Shown here one piece after another: positions 58,804 through 64,000 of a stretch of DNA of 64,000 nucleotides. This stretch comes from Vulcanimicrobiota bacterium (lineage in GTDB: Bacteria; Vulcanimicrobiota; Vulcanimicrobiia; Eremiobacterales; Eremiobacteraceae). Position numbers and translations under genes: made by a program. Where the stretch lies: the NCBI GenBank assembly GCA_963812135.1, contig CAWETU010000001.1, positions 928,001 to 992,000 of the forward strand. Reading direction: 5' to 3'. Position 1 is the first letter of the stretch. Each line of letters starts with the position of its first letter. Under the pieces are notes generated by a model that was not told the DNA's origin, searched no databases, and worked only from the letters and a program-made list of their open reading frames with translations.

Positions 58804-60100
58804 CCTTGGATCTGGCGGCGTAGGCTTCGTCGAGCACTTCCACCAGATGTTTGACCTTCGTCCGTAGACCGCGTTCGAGCATGCCGGCTTGGATCTGCAT
58901 GTGGCAGCCCGGATTGCCGGTCACGAGATAGTCGGCGTTGGTCTCCTCGATCGCATCGAGTTTTTCCGCGAGGATCTTCGCCGACATCGCCGGTTGCGTG
59001 AGGCTGTACACGCCCGCCGCACCACAGCACCGGTCGGCGAAGGCGAGCTCGATGTAATCCAGCCCAGGGATCCCCTTTAACAACGCGCGCGGCTGGTTGC
59101 GGATGCGTTGCGCGTGTGCCAAGTGGCACGCGTCTTGATAGGTGACCCGTTTGCGCAACTCGCCGAAATCCGTGCGCACGCCAAGATCGAAGAGCAGCTC
59201 GCTCGCGTCTTTGACTTTGTTTGCGAAAGCGAGAGCCCGCTCGGCGTACTGCGGATCGTCGCGCAGCAACTCGCCGTACTCTTTCATGACCGCGCCGCAA
59301 CCGGCCGAATCGAGGACGATTGCGTCGACGTTGGCGCGCTCGAACGCGTCGATGTTGCGCCGCGCCATCACCTTGGCATATTCGCGTTCGCCGGCATGGA
59401 CGTTGAGCGCACCGCAGCACCATTGCTCGCGAGCGATCACGACCTCGCAGCCGTTGTGGCGCAACACGCGGGCCAACGCTTCGTGCACGTGACCGAACAG
59501 CGAACCCATCACGCAGCCGACGAACAGCCCGACGCGCGCGCGTCGCTCGCCTTCGGCGGGAATCGTCTCGGGCAACGCGCCGTGCGCGCCGCTGCCGTTG
59601 CGCGGGATCATGTCGAGCATCTTGCGCATGCGGCCGGGCGCGATCGCAGCTGCAAACGAAGCGAGCCATGGCAAACGTTGGAGCACGCGAGCGGGCGCCA
59701 TCATCAATTTGAAAAGACGCTCGTTGGGCAGCAGCCGCTCGAACGCGAGATGCCGGAAGCGGCGCCAGCCGCGGCGCTTAGTGGTCAGTTCCCCACGCTG
59801 CTCGACCTGATAGCGGCCGTATTCCATAAGGCGACCATACGGCACGCCGGACGGGCAGGCGGTCTCGCACGCGCGGCAGCCCAAGCAGACATACAGATGC
59901 TCGGCCAGGTGCTCGTCGATGTCCGCCACGCCGTCAGCGACCTGTTTCATAAGGAAGACGCGGCCGCGGGGGGAGTCCGCCTCGACCCGCAGCTCACGGT
60001 ACGTGGGACATGCTTGTTCGCACAGCCCGCAGCGCGTGCAGCGCCCGAGGTCGTCGTCCGAGGGCCGTTCGGGCCCCGCGTATCCCTTCGGCTCGATCAC
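58784..60100 (-). CDS. glcF: Glycolate oxidase Fe-S subunit-like protein
   Basis: CTRCGLC..CP, SPRGR, CLGCRACETACP, two CCG domains and YQDACHL. Confidence 0.88.
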   Translation of the reverse strand: MIEPKGYAGPERPSDDDLGRCTRCGLCEQACPTYRELRVEADSPRGRVFLMKQVADGVADIDEHLAEHLYVCLGCRACETACPSGVPYGRLMEYGRYQVEQRGELTTKRRGWRRFRHLAFERLLPNERLFKLMMAPARVLQRLPWLASFAAAIAPGRMRKMLDMIPRNGSGAHGALPETIPAEGERRARVGLFVGCVMGSLFGHVHEALARVLRHNGCEVVIAREQWCCGALNVHAGEREYAKVMARRNIDAFERANVDAIVLDSAGCGAVMKEYGELLRDDPQYAERALAFANKVKDASELLFDLGVRTDFGELRKRVTYQDACHLAHAQRIRNQPRALLKGIPGLDYIELAFADRCCGAAGVYSLTQPAMSAKILAEKLDAIEETNADYLVTGNPGCHMQIQAGMLERGLRTKVKHLVEVLDEAYAARSKVSSGSS

Positions 60101-60103
60101 GCG

Positions 60104-61426
60104 CTAGATACCACCGAGAAATCCGCCGGGATCGAAGATGCCGGATGGATCAAGCTGCGCCTTGAGCCGGCGCTGCAGCTTCATGGGCGTGTGCGCCGGT
60201 AGCGGCGCGATGAATTCTTCGCGGCGCGCGGCGGGCGCCGAGAGATACTCGGCGGTCCATTGATTGGCGGCACATGCCTGCCATAGCATCGCGGGATCCG
60301 CCGATGCCGACGCGAGCGGCACGGACGCGTACACGACGCCCGCATATGGGTGCGCGGTGATCTCCGCCTCAGCCCACGACGTCCGTACGGCCGCTGCGAG
60401 CGCAAACGTTTGCGCCGGCGGCGCGACCAGCTTTGCGATGACGTAAGTCTCGGGGTCGTACGCGGCGCCACCTGCGAGCTCGGCGACGTCAGCCCAGGTC
60501 TGATCCACGAGCTCGTCGGGCAGATCGCGAATGGCGGCTGCGCCCGTCTCCTTGCAGATCGCCGCGGCGCCGTCGAATTGCGCATTGGTCGCGGCCCGCG
60601 AACCGCCGCATCGGACCACGAGCGTCCAGGGCGGCGGAGCAGCGCCCCGCAGAGTAGTGACGCGCTCGGCGGTCCGCTGGTCGTGGAGCGTCATCGCGAG
60701 GACGAACAAAGGCGAGGCGGAGATGGCAGTCGCGGCGGCGCACGCGCCCGCACAATCGGCATACGAGGCGACGAGCATGCGCTGCGCAGCGGGCAGCGGC
60801 GCCACTTTGATGATCACCTCGCCGATGAGTCCGAGCGTGCCGCGAGAACCGATAAACGCTTTGTGGGTGTCGTAGCCCGCGACGCTCTTGACCACTTTCG
60901 CGCCGCTAAACGCGACGAGCCCATCCGAAAGCGCGACGCGCATGCCGAGCACGTTGTCGCGCAGCGCGCCGTAACGCTGGCGCAGCGCGCCGTTCGCGTT
61001 GCTTGCGAGCGTGCCGCCCAACGTCGCGGTGGCGGCGAACGGAACATCGCTCGGAAAATGCTGTCCGTGCCTGCGCAGCTCGAATTGCAGATCGTGCATC
61101 GGCGTGCCGGCGGCGACGGTCGCGGTGAGGTCGCCTGGTTTGTGGTCGAGCACGCCGCGCAGCTCGGAGGTGTCGAGCACGGCGTCGAAGTCGGCGCGGC
61201 GCGGGGGGCGGTTCGATTTGGAGCCCGAGCCGCGGATCACGACCGTCGCGCGTTCGTCAGCGACGATCTTGATCGCAGCCGCGGCTTCGGCGACCGTGCG
61301 CGGCGAGAGCGCGAGCTTGGGCTGGACGCCGCCGACCGCGAAGCGCGCGCAGTCGTCGGGATGCACGCGGAAGCGCTCGCCGAGCACATCGCGCAAGGCG
61401 ACGGTGAACGGAGTCGATGCGAGCAT
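60104..61426 (-). CDS. glcE: Glycolate oxidase FAD-binding subunit-like protein
   Basis: ATLGG, VVKSVAGYD, GSRGTLG and LDPSGIFDPG motifs. Lies between glcD and glcF. Confidence 0.82.
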   Translation of the reverse strand: MLASTPFTVALRDVLGERFRVHPDDCARFAVGGVQPKLALSPRTVAEAAAAIKIVADERATVVIRGSGSKSNRPPRRADFDAVLDTSELRGVLDHKPGDLTATVAAGTPMHDLQFELRRHGQHFPSDVPFAATATLGGTLASNANGALRQRYGALRDNVLGMRVALSDGLVAFSGAKVVKSVAGYDTHKAFIGSRGTLGLIGEVIIKVAPLPAAQRMLVASYADCAGACAAATAISASPLFVLAMTLHDQRTAERVTTLRGAAPPPWTLVVRCGGSRAATNAQFDGAAAICKETGAAAIRDLPDELVDQTWADVAELAGGAAYDPETYVIAKLVAPPAQTFALAAAVRTSWAEAEITAHPYAGVVYASVPLASASADPAMLWQACAANQWTAEYLSAPAARREEFIAPLPAHTPMKLQRRLKAQLDPSGIFDPGGFLGGI

Positions 61427-61435
61427 GGCGCGCGC

Positions 61436-62887
61436 CTAGAAGGCAGCCCCGGCCGCGGCCGCGACTTCAGGAGCGAGCGTTTGCAGTCGCCGCGACGATT
61501 CGCCGCAGCGCCTGGAAGTGGGGAACATCTTGCGCGGGTTGCACAAGCCGTGGTTGCCGAACGCGAGCTTGACGCGCGTCATGAGTTCGAGGTCGCCCGG
61601 CGTGAACTGCATCGCCATGCAGTCGCGTTTCTCCATGCCGACGCCGTGTTCGCCGGAGACGCTGCCGCCGCGCTCGACGCACGCGCGCAGGATCGCCTCG
61701 CCGGCGACGACCGCCAGCTCGACGTCGCCCGGCTTCTTCTCGTCGAACAGGATCAGCGGATGAAGATTGCCGTCGCCCGCGTGGAAGACGTTGCAGATGC
61801 GCAAGCCGTATTTCTTGCTGATCGCCTCGATCTCGCGCAGCATCTCGGGCAGCAGGCTGCGCGGGATCACGCCGTCCTGGACGTAGAAGTTGCGGCTCAG
61901 GCGGCCCATCGCGCCGAACGCCCCTTTGCGGCCCTTCCAAATGCGCTCGCGTTCGTCGGCGCTTTGCGCGAGGCGAACCTCGCGCGCGTGGTTGCGACGG
62001 CACACGTCGCGGACCGCTGCCGCGGTTTCGTCCACTGCCGCGTTGAGCCCGTCGACTTCGATGATGAGAATCGCTTCCGCGTCAGTGGGGAAGCCCGCGT
62101 GCGCGAATGCCTCGATCGCGCCAGTCGAAACGCGATCCATCATCTCTAGCGCGCCGGGGATGATTCCCGCGGCGATGATCGCCGACACCGCTTGCGATGC
62201 GTCTTCGACTGAGTCGTACACCGCGAGCATCGTGCGCGACGCTTCTTGGATGGGCGTGAGCTTGACGACGATCTTGGTGGCGATGCCGAGCGTGCCTTCC
62301 GAACCGACGAACACGCCGAGCAGATCGTAACCCGGTGTGTCGACGGTCTTGCCGCCGAGCCATACCACGTCGCCTTCGGGCGTGACGATCTCGGCGCCCA
62401 GCGTGTGGTTAGTCGTGACGCCGTAGGCGAGGCAATGCAAGCCGCCCGAATTCTCGGCGATGTTGCCGCCGATCGTACAGGCAGCTTGGCTGGATGGATC
62501 GGGGATGAAACACAGGCCGTCGGCTTTGGCGGCAGCGCTGATGTCGGCATTGACCACGCCTGGCTCGACGACGGCCAAGCGGTTCGCGACGTCGATCTCG
62601 AGGATCCGATGCAGACGCGCGGTCGAGATGACGACGCCGCCCGCCTCGGGCACGGCGCCGCCAGACAAGCCGGTGCCTGCGCCGCGCGCGAGATAGGGGT
62701 AGCCGCGTTCGTTGCAGGCGGCGACCACGGCGGCCAATTCTTGCGCGCTGCCGGGCAGCACGACGACCTCGGGCAACGCCTGATCGACTGACCCGTCGTA
62801 TTGGTAGCTGTGCAGGTCCCGAACCGACGACAGCGTGTGTGAGGCGCCGACGATACCTGCGAGGCGTTTGACAAACGCAGCATCCAT
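61436..62887 (-). CDS. glcD: Glycolate oxidase FAD-linked subunit-like protein
   Basis: RGAGTGLSGG, PDPSS, GGNIAENSGG, GSEGTLG, FHAGDGNLHP and GEHGVG motifs. Confidence 0.9.
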   Translation of the reverse strand: MDAAFVKRLAGIVGASHTLSSVRDLHSYQYDGSVDQALPEVVVLPGSAQELAAVVAACNERGYPYLARGAGTGLSGGAVPEAGGVVISTARLHRILEIDVANRLAVVEPGVVNADISAAAKADGLCFIPDPSSQAACTIGGNIAENSGGLHCLAYGVTTNHTLGAEIVTPEGDVVWLGGKTVDTPGYDLLGVFVGSEGTLGIATKIVVKLTPIQEASRTMLAVYDSVEDASQAVSAIIAAGIIPGALEMMDRVSTGAIEAFAHAGFPTDAEAILIIEVDGLNAAVDETAAAVRDVCRRNHAREVRLAQSADERERIWKGRKGAFGAMGRLSRNFYVQDGVIPRSLLPEMLREIEAISKKYGLRICNVFHAGDGNLHPLILFDEKKPGDVELAVVAGEAILRACVERGGSVSGEHGVGMEKRDCMAMQFTPGDLELMTRVKLAFGNHGLCNPRKMFPTSRRCGESSRRLQTLAPEVAAAAGAAF

Positions 62888-62942
62888 GAGCAACGCTCAG
62901 ACTTCGCGCACACGGATGGGTACGCCCTCCGCGTGAGGGTGC

Positions 62943-63314
62943 ATGCGACGAGAGGGCAAGCAGGATGCTGGGCGAACAGTAGCGCGCTTTATGCAGATAG
63001 AACGCGTCGAGTGCACGCCGCGGCGAGAAGTCTATAATCCGGGCGACGTCCTGAATATCGCCGTTCGGTTCGCGCGCGGGTTCGTCGGCCAATGCGAGGT
63101 AGGCCTGGTGAAACGCAACGGGCCTCCGCCGCCGGACTTTCCGCGCAACGTCCTCGCCCGCAGCAGCGACCGGTTGTACGAAGGCCAAGTACAGGTCCGC
63201 GAGGACCTGGTCGGCTCGTGCGTCCTCATGCTCCGTTTGGCACCGGTCAAGGGTGTGACGGAGACGCTGCCGGGTGGGGATACCATCTTCGAGGTGCGGC
63301 CGATACGCCCCTGA
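62943..63314 (+). CDS. Hypothetical protein
   Basis: GAGGG site before the ATG. Beta-rich small protein with no family recognised. Confidence 0.55.
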   Translation: MRREGKQDAGRTVARFMQIERVECTPRREVYNPGDVLNIAVRFARGFVGQCEVGLVKRNGPPPPDFPRNVLARSSDRLYEGQVQVREDLVGSCVLMLRLAPVKGVTETLPGGDTIFEVRPIRP

Positions 63315-63416
63315 AGGAGACGCCCCCGCGGTCCACAAACGGCGCGCAACGATTCGAGCGGAGCAACCGACGATCCATCCCCCTGATAACTCTCCCACTG
63401 CCTTGGAGGACATACG

Positions 63417-63788
63417 ATGAGGCGGAAATCCAAAAAAGGCGCAACAAAAAAGAAAGCGCCGGCCAAGAAGAAGAGCGCCAAGCGATCGGTAAAGCGGTCC
63501 GCGTCGAAGCCCAAGCGTTCGACGGGCCGCGCGAAAAAAGCCGCGGCGCCGAAAAAGAAAACGGCCAAAGGCGGCAAGACCAAAGCCGCGACGAAATCAC
63601 CGAGCAAGAGCGGTACGAGCAAGCGCGCGACGGCGCCGGCACCGAAACCGATCGCGACGACCGTGCTGGACGACAATGGCGCCGCCGGCGAGCTGGTCAT
63701 CGAGGAATACGAGGACGAAGAAATCGAGGAAGAGCCGTTCGGCGAGGAAGAAGAAGAATTCCACCCGGAGCATTCCGAGGAGTTCTAA
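63417..63788 (+). CDS. Histone H1-like basic protein with an acidic tail
   Basis: GGAGGA ribosome-binding site, Lys/Ala/Ser-rich N-terminal two thirds and Glu-rich C-terminus, followed by a terminator hairpin. Confidence 0.75.
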   Translation: MRRKSKKGATKKKAPAKKKSAKRSVKRSASKPKRSTGRAKKAAAPKKKTAKGGKTKAATKSPSKSGTSKRATAPAPKPIATTVLDDNGAAGELVIEEYEDEEIEEEPFGEEEEEFHPEHSEEF

Positions 63789-63797
63789 AGGAGACGA

Positions 63798-63829
63798 TAA
63801 GCGAGGCCCACGGGGCCTCGCTTAGTTTT
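63798..63829 (+). terminator. Intrinsic terminator between convergent genes
   Basis: TAAGCGAGGCCC-ACG-GGGCCTCGCTTA followed by GTTTT. Confidence 0.75.
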
Positions 63830-64000
63830 GCGCCGCGATCGGTGCGGTAGCTTCCGGTTCCTTCGCGTACGCTTCCCGGGTGTCGGGTAGGCCTGCAAAA
63901 GCACCGAGCCGGTAGAGCGCGTACAACGCGCCGATTCCGACCAGTTGCACCAGCAACACCGGGATGCCGGCCTCGGGACCAAAGCTGCCGCCGGTGAGGA
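63822..64000 (-). CDS. 3' end of a probable CPBP (CAAX protease-like) membrane protein, cut by the window edge
   Basis: Manual translation gives LTGGSFGPEAGIPVLLVQLVGIGALYALY..AAQN-stop. LTGGxFGPE is typical of this family's C-terminus. Confidence 0.65.
   Translation of the reverse strand, partial: LTGGSFGPEAGIPVLLVQLVGIGALYALYRLGAFAGLPDTREAYAKEPEATAPIAAQN

Noticed and set aside
60350..62149. 599-aa plus-strand ORF and many similar overlapping ORFs
   Set aside because: Antisense shadows of well-supported genes with Arg/Ala-rich composition, as expected at high GC.

Overview
A GC-rich bacterial chromosomal window of mostly core genes. A TonB-family protein, lipoproteins and a probable outer-membrane beta-barrel suggest a diderm organism, but no taxon can be assigned from the sequence alone. 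It holds a complete 14-gene nuoA-N complex I operon with a Rex-like operator. Other genes include cysteine synthase, thioredoxin reductase, two large TPR proteins, several peptidases, nth and mutY, a 2-oxoacid:ferredoxin oxidoreductase, glcDEF and a GAF-GGDEF-HD-GYP signalling protein. An aromatic-CoA cluster next to a PaaX-family regulator is built on a short BoxB-like diiron oxygenase. There is also a wHTH plus nucleotidyltransferase pair and a fluoride riboswitch ahead of a cation:proton antiporter. The most striking observation is a 24-nt GTAG-headed palindrome (GTAGCGGTCGAATTTATTCGACCG, REP-like) in 7 copies. Six lie inside nuoI, nuoC and mutY, always antisense and always read as G-R-I-N-S-T-A-T, and two have compensatory stem changes. 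One of those six probably supplies the mutY start codon, and the seventh supplies the cysteine synthase stop codon. A second REP-like family (CCCGAGC-loop-GCTCGGG) has 4 copies. Frameshifts cluster at 39.0-42.1 kb and may be assembly errors. No rRNA, tRNA, CRISPR array or transposase was recognised. All calls come from motif recognition by eye and no database search was run.
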